This document shows, piece by piece, positions 38,701-50,700 of a DNA stretch of 64,000 nucleotides (position 1 is its first letter; the number at the start of each line of letters is the position of its first letter). Origin of the DNA: Malacoraja senta (taxonomy: Eukaryota). A model generated the notes under the pieces. The model worked only from the letters and a program-made list of their open reading frames with translations, did no database searches and had not been told where the DNA came from. Both the position numbers and the translations under genes were made by a program. The DNA lies in contig CM075981.1 of assembly GCA_038087875.1 (NCBI GenBank), forward strand, positions 67,022,001 through 67,086,000, read 5' to 3'.

Positions 38701-41700
38701 GATCTGCAAGTTCTTCATGTGGAGAGAGTTCAGCTGATCGATGCAGTTCTTAATCTCTGCACTTATCATCACCCTGAAAACATTCAGCTGCCACCAGGGT
38801 TTGTCTGCACTCTTTCACCTATCCACAATGTAGCATATTTTGCTACATTTTAATACGCAAAAGCAGCTTATGGGAGGATACTTCTTAAATCTATTTTAAG
38901 GTTGATAATTTCTACTGTCTAAGCCTCACGAGTCCTACAGCACAGTAAGAGGCCATTCAGCTAATTATTAACTGTGCTGGGCTTTTGATAGAACTATGCA
39001 ATTAATCCCACCCCTCCCTCAAATCTTCAGCTCCCCTTTTCCCCATTTAACAGGGTTGTTCTTTTATTTTAATTTTAGAAGATTCTACAGTATCTGCTTC
39101 CACTTCCCCATCTGACACTGCAATGCCTGGCATTATTTTCAAAAAATATACTTGTATCCCTATTGTGGCTCTACAAAACAATCATCCTGCAGTAGCATGG
39201 AGAAGTACCTGCCTGTTTTTGGCAATTAATTCATTGATTGTCACTGAGAAAGTGCATATGTAGGCTCTGCAGTTCAATAGGGTATTGCTGGGTATAAGCT
39301 CATGCATGGAAACTGTTAGTGTGGTGACATATGTATTTGTGGTGATTGCCGATGATTTATTTTGCCCCTAACCACCTCTTGCAACTCATCCTTGGTGAGG
39401 GAATTTGGGTGCCTCCAGAGACACGGCTGGGGAATGTGAGCTCACCTGCAATCAATCTGCATAACTCCAGAATAACACAAAATATATAATTTGTATAGGA
39501 TGGAATTGCAGATGCTGGTTTACACCAAAAATAGACGCAAAATGCTGGAGTAACTCAACGGGTCAGGCAGCATCTCTGGATGGAAGGAATGGGTGACATC
39601 AGTTTGAAGAAGGGTTTCGACCTGAAATGTCACCTATTCCTTTTCTACAGAGATGCTGCCTGACCCACTGAGTTACTCCAGCATTTTGTGTCTATATATG
39701 TGATTTGTAGGTTGATTATGCATTTATATATTTTGTACACAGCATTTTATTTCATATGTTAAATAGCACATTATTTCTTTGTAATCATATATCATTGATA
39801 TAGATACAATGTTCATTGCTTTCCCAAATGCTGTCTGAATCTTTGAATGTTCTAAAAAAAAAATGATTTGAGCCATTCCCCTTGTAACCTTCAGTGAAGT
39901 CCATACAGTGTCACCACTGAACTATGCCAGTTTTGCTTGTGACAACATGTGATGTCCTCCATGATGTTTGATTTGAACGGATATTTTCTTAATCATTCAG
40001 GTACCAGCCTCCCGCCCTGGCCATCTCCTCTTTATACTGGAAGGCTTGGCTGTTATTGTTAGTTGTAAATGCCTTCAATCCGCAAAATATTGGTGAGTTT
40101 CTAAGTGACCTGCAAATATTGATTTTCACAAAGTACATTTTCACAAAATCTTTATGTCCCATGCGGTACAGTAACTGTAAATGAAGCAAATTACAAAAAC
40201 CTTTATATTAATGTTAGTTAGATTTGTTAATATTCATTGTATTCACCTTTGCAAACTGTCCCTGTTGCATGAAAAAGCAGAATGTTTTCACCTTAGTTTT
40301 TGGAGCAAGTGACACAGCGCAGAAATTTCCAAGTTTGACTTGGAAGTTCTCCAAGTCATGTCCTAACATACTCCAAGTATGTTAGGAGCTCTTGAGGTGC
40401 AGCAACTGGTGGAGAGACTATTTGCCTTGGAGCTTGGGGAGAGAAGTTGCAGTTACGACTGTCAAAATTAGTGATCGGTGGTATGTATTGCACTTTGCGT
40501 GCAAACATCAGCTGAGGGTGGAATCCAGCTTGTCTCTGGCACCATCTAGAGTCAAATAACCAGATTCAAGACATTCATTGTCTTGAATGATACTCAAAGT
40601 CGCCATCTGGATGAGTTCTCAGGTTGCGCAATTGCATACCTGTGGGAGTGATAAAGGGAATGATGAAGAGAGTAATAAGCAGCTGTTGATTGGAAGTGTG
40701 CATCCCAAATATTAGTGCCAACTTAGAAAGGCTCATGAAGGAAGGATTGATATCTATAACAAAAGTTCTCATCTTGTTTGTGATTCTGTGTGCGTGCGTG
40801 CTTCCGGAACTACGCCAAAACGGTACACGATAGCGCTACAATCGTTCGACCACCTTACTTACAGTTGTCTTGTGGTGTGTTTTTATCAAGTTTTGTTCAG
40901 ATTGATGTTATATTTTACAAGTTATTCACAATTTTAACTTTAGAAAATCTAGTTTGAGAAAGAATCACGAACTTGCAGTGGCAGTTACAGCTATGATGTC
41001 ACAATGGGATCTAATTTACATAAACTGCCTATCAACAGTGTTTCACCCAGGGCAATGAGAGATTTGTTACATTGTTGTAAGGGGAGTGGGGGAGGGGAGG
41101 GGAGGAGGAGAAATGTTATTTAAACATTGTGTTTAGTGGGGGTGTGCGATAGGTGAGGAGTGAGAGGGTTAGGGAGGGGAGAGGGGTTATGGAGAGAGCG
41201 AGTGACTGAGGGTAGGGAGTGACTGAGGGTAGGGGAAAGGAGAGGGAGGAAGAGGTGAGGGAGGGAGTGGAGGAGGGGTGGACGAGAGGGGATAGAAGAG
41301 GGAGGGTGAAGAAGAGGGGGATATGGGGAAATGAGCCACACCTGAGCAGTTGGGGGCTATGGATGAGTGGTGGAATATTGCATTGGGGGAACGGGTTGCG
41401 TTGGGGGAATGGGTAAGTGGTGCAATATTGCGTTGGGGGAACGGAGCACAACGGGTCCCACTTGGTCTAGTATTGTTCTAAAATCATCTCAGTTGCTTAA
41501 GCAAGGCTCTCACAAGGTTTTAACAAAAGTGAGAGACTCTGCTTGTGATCCCTTGTCTGCAAACTTACCTGCATCATGTAAACGGCATCCTTGCCCCTGG
41601 CAAAGCATCAGCAGCTGAGAGGTTCCCCACCCTCCACTTCTCAGAAATTAGTGAGTCCATATTTCCATCCCAGTTCCAAGGTTTTGACTTGCTAACAGAA

Positions 41701-44700
41701 CTGGCACAAGCAATTGATATTGGTTTAATATTGATTTGTTATTGTCACGTGTACTGAGATATGGTGAAAATGTTGTGTGCTATCCAGTCAAATCAAACCA
41801 TACGCAAGTATAATCAAGCCATTACACTAGTCCAACAGGTAGTGCAAAGAGAAAATACCCAAGTTCAGAATGTAGTTTTATTCTTAGGCCTCCTTCGGTT
41901 GTGGCTAACCATGGGTGTCCCTAGGGTTCTATTCCCTATATGGTGGACGCCTGTGCGTGACTTTATTTAACGTGGGGAGACTGGTGCACAGACAGCCACC
42001 CCACGGTCCTTGACAGATCTGGGTCAGGATCCAGTGGCATGGAGTCCAAGATGACCGGAGACCCTTTAATGCTGCAGCCTTCATCCGCCTTCCCAGCCGT
42101 TGTGACGCTCCACTAAGGTCAGCCATCGTCCTTCGCCTGTTCCACCATTGAGGCCTTGGTTGAATTACTCTTTGTCAAAGACCTCCCCCTCGACCTTACC
42201 GCCATGGGTGACCCTACCAGGAACACAGCTCCAGACGGCATCGCTCTCAGGATATCAGGTCTACACATTACAGTAACAGAGGAAGTGCAGGCCGTAATGC
42301 GGTAGGTTGGGAGATCAGGATTACATCCTTAGCCTATGAAACTATCTTGATTACAGCGGGGAAGAAGCTGTTCCCAAATCTGGCGGTATGTACTTTCAAG
42401 CTTTTATATCTTCTGCCTATTGGGAAAGGGGGAGAAGAGGGAATGACTGGGGAGTAAATGGTCCTTGATTGTGTTGGCTGCTTTTCCGATGGTGTGTGAT
42501 TTAAAAAAAAAATCTAAATAGTTTTATTTTGATGATGTAGAGAATGCTGATGAAATGTGTTTGTCTGCAGGACTGGCTGCATGGGAAGGTTACCCCACTC
42601 TGAAGATGTTGATGGAAATGGTGATGACAAAGTGAGTTATTTTACCATGGAATAACATTTTCTTATAGGAGATTTGATCTGGGCACTTCTTTCCCTAGAG
42701 AAGTGTTGTTGTTGTGTGTGAGGAAATCCAAGTAGTGAATCTGTAGAATTTCCTATGTTCTGGGTGAAATAATTTTGTATCTCGGATCTGAATGACTCAT
42801 TCTTATTGTGTGATTGTGTCCCCTGGTTACAGACAACACATTCAGTGGAAACATCAATGTTACATTTAGCCCCATGAGTGTTTTGACAAGATCTGCTCTC
42901 ATCCTTCTAAACTCAGGACAGTTTCCTCCTACAACAAACCAACCATCCCATATTTTAAAATGCTTTTTCTACCTCCAGAGTAACGTTTCTACTCATGAAG
43001 ACCATCAAAACTTTGTTCCTGTGATCAGAATCATGTACACGGATGCATGTGTGCAAAGGGTTTAGAGTGGTGGCATGACCGATGTTGCAGCGGCCTCTGC
43101 AGTCCGTCCGTCTGTCTTTTTTTTTTTTTGTCCCGTTGAGTGTAGTTTGTAGTTTTTTTTTAAATTGTTTTTTAACTGGGTATGTGTGGGGGCGTGGGGG
43201 GGGGGACTTTTAAATCTCTTCCCTGTACGGGGGACCCGACCTTTTCCCTGTCGGGTCTCTGTTGTCGTTGGGGCCTAGCACCGTGGAGCGGCCTCCAACC
43301 GGAACGACCTGGGGCTCCAGTCGCAGAGCCTGCGGACCTACCATCGTGGAGCTGGCCGGCTTCGGAGCGTGGAGAGCTGTGGTGGCGCGCTGCTGCGGCC
43401 CGACTTCGGAGCTTCGGAAGCTCCAGCCGCAGGCCCGGTGGACGGTGACGGCTCGCGGGTCCCTGGTGGGAGACCGCTTTTCGGAGCTCCCACAGCGGCA
43501 ACTTCTCCCGCCCGAATTGCGGGGTTGAAAATGACCTGGAGCGGGGCCTTACATCGCCCGGCGCAGCTTTAACGGCTGCGGGACTTGCTAGCGCCCGTCG
43601 GGGGTTCCAACATCAAGACCCGGAGCGCGGCCTTAATGGCGGCGGGACTTACCATCGCCCGCCGGGGGGCTTTGACATCGGGAGAAGAATGGAGAGCAGG
43701 GGAGAGACAAGACTTTGCCTTCCATTACAGTGAGGAGGAGATTCACTGTGATGGATGTTTGTGTAAATTGTGTTGGTGTGTGCCTTGGTTCTTTTCTTGT
43801 TGTATGACTGCAGAAACCAAATTTCGTTTGAACTTCATTTGAGGTTCAAATGACAATAAACGGTATTGTATTGTATCAGACATCATATTTATTCTCCTGT
43901 TGAAAGAAAAGGTACACAGCTGAAGTTCTTTGTTGATATTAATTGGCCAACTGCATATTTGCCTGTTCCTAGCTCTTGAAAAGGGATGAGAGAAAGCTGA
44001 CGTCCAACATAAATACCAAAATAACCATTTGGTTTCAGTAGACAGCTTCTCACATAGTTGTGTAATCTACTCTGCATATCTCTAACATCAAAACCACAAA
44101 AGTTGGAGGTAATTATCAGATCGGGCAGCATTTGTGGAGAGGGAAGGAGAGTTAATATCTCAGGCCAATGACCTTGCATCAAAAGGCTCTGATGAAATGT
44201 GATCAACCTGAAATGTTAACTGCTTCTCTGTCCTCAGATGCTGCCTGACATGCTGAGTATCTCCAGCATTTCATCGAGTCATAGCTATCCAGCATGGAAA
44301 CGGGCACTTCGGCCCACCTTGTTCATTTTCTTGCATTTGCCCTATAACCCTCTAAAACACTTCCTATCCATATATCTGTCCAAATGTGAAAGTTGTGACT
44401 ATTCACTTCTATAGCCTCCTTTATAGCTCCTTTATGGACCTTCCTCTGTATGAAACAGTTGCCCCTAACGTCCCTCTTTAATCGCTCGCCTTAACCATAT
44501 CCCCTTTAGTTTTAGAATCCTCTACTCTGGGTAAACGAATGAGTTTTCACATTCTTCATGTTCTTCATGGCCTCTACACCTCAATGTCACACCCCAACCC
44601 CCTGCGCTTCATAGAAAAAAAAACATATTCATCCGCTCCCTATAACTCAAGCATGCAAGTCCGGGTAACAACCTAGTTCATCTATTCTGCACCTTTTCCA

Positions 44701-47700
44701 ACCTAATGACATTGTTCCTATAGCTGATCGACCAAAACTGCACACATTACTCCAAATACAGTCTCACTAATGACTTGTGCAGCTGCATCATGATTTCCCA
44801 ACATTTTTACTCGATACTCTTCCCTCCTCACCATGCTATCCACCTGACATGCTACTTTCAGGGAACAATGCATTTGTACACTAAGATCTCTTTGGTCTAC
44901 AATACTCTCCAAGGCTCTATCATTTATTCTGTAAGTCCTGTTCAGTTTTCCAGCATCTGCAGTTTTTCTTATTTTTCAATTAATGTCGGTGATACCTTGC
45001 TACATTTCTCCGTGAAACATGTCAGAATTACGATGGAGACCAAGAATATGAACATCGGAAAACACCTGATTGTGTTCATGACTCTATAATACTTTTGCTT
45101 TTCTACTTTCAGCAACTTCTCTTACCCTCAGTGCACTGTGACTGATGAGGAAACCCGAAATGAAATGATCACTCGGGAACTGCAGATGTCACAGAGAGAA
45201 AAGCAGGAGATTTTGGCTTTCGAAAGCCATCTAGCTGCTGCATCGACAAAGCAGACTATCACCGAAAGCAACAGCCTGCTGCTATCACAGCTGACCAGCC
45301 TCGACCCTCAGTGAGTGTTGGGGAAGGGGCACCAACATTGATGTCCTCCCAGTGAATATGAGAGTGTATCCTGGTCAGTGACCTTGTATCACTGCTTCTC
45401 ATTCTCTTCTGGTACTTACTCCTCGTCTCACAAATAGCAACACCAGCAAATGTGATGCAATTGAGAGTGCATGAGAGCTCCATCTATTTATTTGATGGTT
45501 TTTCAAGAAACTCAATGTCCTGATCATTATTTTACTTCATGACCCTCTAATATAAGACTGTTAATGACAGTTACGCCAATGCATTTATTACATTTTTCTA
45601 ACACTTCCATTGGATATAGCATTTGTTGCTCATCTGGAATTGTCCATCAGGAGGCAGTCATGAGCCATCTGAACAACTGCAATCTGCAGAGGTAATGCTC
45701 CAGTGCTGCTATTTGGAGAGTTACAGTGTTTAAACTCAGAGAAGATAACAAAAGAGCATATATGCAAGTCAAGATGGCATGCGACTTATAAGGGAACTTA
45801 AAGCCGGTGAAGTTCCCACATACAGTATCTACAAGCCTTGGCCTGGATTGTAATGGTCGGGTGGTTTGGAGATGATGTTGAAATTTTTGCAAGTTGCTGC
45901 AGTTGGTATACACTTATTCCATGGAGCTTCAATGATCGTGGCAATGATGGTTGAAGCGACATATGTGGGTTCCATGTTTTTGTATACTCCTTACTTAACA
46001 TTAGGGTTTGAATGTGTCGAGGTACATACAACCAATGTCAGATGCTTGGTGTTAGTGACTAAGGATTTTTTTTTTACCCCCTTTCTGTTGACTACGTTTT
46101 ATTTGGTGTCTTATTTACTGACTGAGATCCCCTCCTCTTCAGGGGCCCCCCTCGCCGGCCACCTTCACAAGTTCTCGAGCAGCTAAAGAGCTTGAATCAG
46201 TCTCTTCGCTTGGGCCACCTGCTGTGTCGCAGTCGTCATCCTGACTTCCTGCTGAACATCATTCAGAGGCAGGTGAGTGAGCTCAGTTTTGTCTGGAGGT
46301 AGGAATCATTTACAAATGGATAGAACCTACCTGTAAGTAACACTCTTCACATCCTTAGCACTTAATAAAGTGCATCACAACCAAATAATTACTTTTCAAG
46401 TGTTGCCACAGATGGAAGAATCTCAACCGAAGGTGACATAGTTACAAGATTTGGAAGGGGTCACTTATAACTGAGGTGCACAGGAACTTCTCGCAGAGGG
46501 TGGTAACTCTCTAGAATTCACTACTCCAGAGGGTTATAGAGGCTGGATCATCAGATTTAAAAAATCAAAGGTTGAAGACACAAAATAAACCCAAGGTTCC
46601 GAGTGGCCTGGTCTGCTGCTGTATTTTTAGGTTCTAATGTACATAAACACATAGAGTAATACAGCATGGAAACAGGCCTTTCCGCCCAATGCATCCATGC
46701 CAGCCAGGATGCCCATCTAATCTAATCCTTTTTGCCCATGTATGGTCTGTAAACCCTTCAAACTTTTGTCAAAATATCTTTTAAATGTTGTTATTGCACC
46801 TGCCTCAACCACATTCTCTGGCAGCTCGTTCCATATACACAGCTTCCATAAATATACAGAGACTACTGCAACCTTTGTAATAAGTAATCCAGGAAAGGTC
46901 CAGAAAAGTGAATGGGAAAACTCAAATGGAGCTGGTACAAGCACAAATATAATAAGGCATATTCAGACAAAGGACTTGGCAATGGGTTAATGGCATTTAC
47001 CTACAAATCTGGTAATCCACAGGTGCTTCACGGCCATTGCAGTATTGTTGAAGCAGAGTCAATGTTGTAATGCAGGAAATCGCAGCGTGAAATTGTATGC
47101 TTTAATTATCGGGGTCGAAATATAAATGCTGGTCAGAATATTGGAAACAACTATCCTGCTCCTTTACAAACCACTGAACAAGGATCATCTACTTTTCACG
47201 CTCAGTTTAATATCTCATCCAAAAGACAGCTCCTCGGACAGCGCCTTTCCTTCCTATGACATCAATTGTACTGAAGTGTCAGCCTTGATTATGTGCTCAA
47301 TTATTTGGAGTACCGATTGAAGTCGTGACCTTCTGAGTCAGAAGTGAGACTGCCACCCTCTGAGCCAAAGCATCTGCTGTGCCCTATTGTAAACACCTGC
47401 CCTGATGACCTCCACAGAGTGCTGACTTGAATAAAAGCATGTAATGTCTCACTTAGTACGGCAATGTGGAACTATAGGTGGCAAATTTATTTCATTGCTC
47501 TCTGGTACAGTGTGTCAGAATTTATTGCACTGGTAATATGTGGCAGTAAGACATTCATTGAGGGGTTTTATGTTGGCTTTCATTTCTTAGTTTTTTGGTT
47601 TAGACTGAGAACTTAGGACATTAACCCTAAATGTATAAGGCTCTGATCGTGTTGGAGATAGTATGAGAAAAACTTGCCTTTCACTGAGCTTGTGCTTTGC

Positions 47701-50700
47701 GGATGATTCTGTACCCCTCTGAGGGAGCTGTGTCTGAGGTGGCCAAAAGAAGTTGCACTGTTTGAAACGTTAAAGTAGGTGATTCTGAGAGATTGAAGAC
47801 CCCTTTGCCCCGGGCACATTGCACCTAAACTGTGTCTTTTGTTCTTGCTGTTTGGATTTGTACCAAAGAATCAAATTTTTGGATCACTGTGCCTGTTTCT
47901 GCTTTTTGAAAGAACTATCTAATTAGTTCCTCTCTCCCACACTTTTCTTTCATAGCTCTAGATTTTTCTTTTAAATATAACTATCTGGTTTCCTTTTGAA
48001 ACGATCTATTTCCACTGTTTTTTTCAGGCAGCACATTCCTGATTAACAATTTGGTGCATGAAAGAAGTTTTATCAGTTCCTGGGCTTTTTTATCTGTTAT
48101 CTTAAATCTATGTTCTTTGGTTACTGATCCTCCAGCCATCCAGGAAATTTTATATTAATCAAAAGATATGTTTGAAATCTCAAGCGACTGATAAATTGTC
48201 TCATTCCTACTTGTCCTTTCCTCCAGGCCTCGTCTCAATCCATGCCCTGGTTAGCTGATCTGGTACAGTCGAGTGAAGGGTCCTTGGATGTGCTGCCTGT
48301 CCAGTGCTTGTGCGAGTTCCTGCTTCACGATGCAGCTGACGAGGTGGCCACCACAGAGGAGGAAGACGAGGGGGAGAGCAAAGAACAGCGGGCCAAGAAG
48401 CGGCAGGTAAGACTGTATCTAATCAAGTGCACAGATAGGATGAATGGTTGCAAATCGCTGAAAAAGCCTTGTGTTTACTCAGCATATGGAATTTTTATTT
48501 ATTTGCTTGTTTTTATTTGGGTGGTGAGACACCTTCTTGAACTGCTGCTGTGCTTCTAGAGTTGGCATTTCCAAAATGGTATTCAACTGATGGTGGAGAA
48601 TATAGACTTGTGGGTCAGTGAAGCAGCGGTGATGAATTTCTAAGGATGATGAGGAACACGGGTCTGAGGTCCTGAAGTTCTCATCCGACATGATAGTAAG
48701 TGTCACTGACTTGGGAGATGCTTCTGGAGTAGCTGGGCAGGTCACTGCAGTGCATTCTGTGGGTGGTCCACACTAGGCCACTGTGGAGTGAAGATTGATT
48801 TCTTTGGGATGTTGCAAAACACTTCAGCAGCACAGAAGAATGTTGATGTCCAGTTAAAATGTGATTGTGAGAAAAATGGATATCCTGTTTTGGTGATGCC
48901 ATTTGGCCATATGTGGACAGAACTCACTTGGTCTTGAAACAGAGCTGTGAGATCTTATATGTTTGCTGAGACAGCATCAGTTTAACATTTGATTCAAAAG
49001 TTGGCATCTCCGATACAAGTACTGGGAGCCCGGGTTTGCACTCACAATCTGGAGTGGTAGTTGGACCCAGATGGGTGGCATGCTAAAGCCAGTTTGCTTC
49101 CTAATTTTAACTTCCTAATTTACTCATGATTACAGAGACAACAGAAGCAGCGGCAGCTGCTGGGGGCGTCTGCAGGACCTCCTGTTGGGCAGCAAAGCTG
49201 ATGAACAGACCACCTGCGAAGTGCTGGATTACTTCTTGAGGCGCCTGAGTTCTCCACAGGTGGCCTCCCGTGTTCTGGCCATGAAGGTGTGTTGGAGTGA
49301 TGTGCGTCTTTTAAACGTCCTGTACATTTTTAAGAAGATGGGTATGGTTTTATTTTGATGTTCATGGGCATCATTGCCTTGTACCTTTAAGCTGTCTGTG
49401 GTGAGGTACTCTCATTAACCACTGTAATTCCTGTACTCTCACTGTGACATTAGATTTCACCAGTGGAAGAGTCACAAACTAGAGGACATAGTTGTAAGAT
49501 AAGGGTAATTTTAAAAGTGAGGTGTATCAACATTTCTTCTCTCAGAGGACTGTGGATCTCTGAAATTCTGTGCCCCTGATGGAGAAGGAGGCTGGATTAT
49601 TCAATATATTTAAGGTGGAGATTGATAGATATTTGAAACATCAATGCATTGTTGATATGGGGAACTGGCACAGGAGTTAAGGCCAGCATAGATGTGCCAT
49701 GATCATATTGAATGGTGATACAGAGGGAAAAGATCTAAAAGGGAACTTAGAGCCACTTGCCGCTACTACTTCCACCAAGAAGGTGGTGGGTATGTCGAAT
49801 GAGCGGCCAGAGGAACTGGTGGAGGTGGGTGTAATTACAACATTTAAGCAACATTGGGATAGATACATGGATAAGAAAGGTTATGGGACAAATGCAAGCA
49901 AGTGGGACTCAAGTAGGCGACTTGGTCAGCATAGACAGGTGAGGCTGAAGGGCCCGGTACCATGCTGTATAACTGCTCTCCTCCTACTATTTTCTTGAGT
50001 TGTGTTGTGGGAGACGAAGGATGTTGACTGAGTAACTTTAATGGAACAGGATGTTTCAAGTCAGGATGGTGTGTGATCTGGAAGATAGTGCTTTTTCCCC
50101 ACACACCTTTTCCCCACGTCGTTCTAGGCAGTAGTAGTCATGGTTTTGGGCGTTTCTGCTGTGCATCTTATCAATGTTGTAAGCCAAGATGTGTGGTACT
50201 CGATTGGATGCCAGTTGAGAAGTTTTTTAATTTTTTTACCTGAATGTTGCTGAGCTAATTGCACTCAATCGGGCTTGTGGAGGATATTCACCACATTTCT
50301 GGCTTGTGTCTTACGGAATGGCTTTGGGTTGTTCGGAGCAGAGTCACTCACTGGAAGTTACTCGGTCTTTGTCCAACTCATGTAGTAACTGCAGTATTTT
50401 TATAGCTGGTATTTTTCCAAGCTCCTGTGAATTATGACACCTAGGATGTTGAAAGCAAATGTTTTGGGGGGTGGCAATTCACATTTTGGGGTAGCACCAA
50501 AATGTAGTGCAGGTGAGAACTGCGATTTTTCATTGTGTTCTGCAACTGCATCTATTACCTGGAACTGCTACTTTCCATTCTCTGGGTGTGAACATGAGGA
50601 TGTAAGCACAAGAGGGGAATCAGTCCAGATAGGACAAATCAGTGGATTATTTGGCTGCAATGCTAAATTTGTCACAATACTGGTTTTTGTGTCACATGTG

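Noticed and set aside
43172-43842. Cluster of overlapping GC-rich ORFs
   Set aside because: Expected from stop-codon scarcity in a GC-rich repeat; no domain recognised
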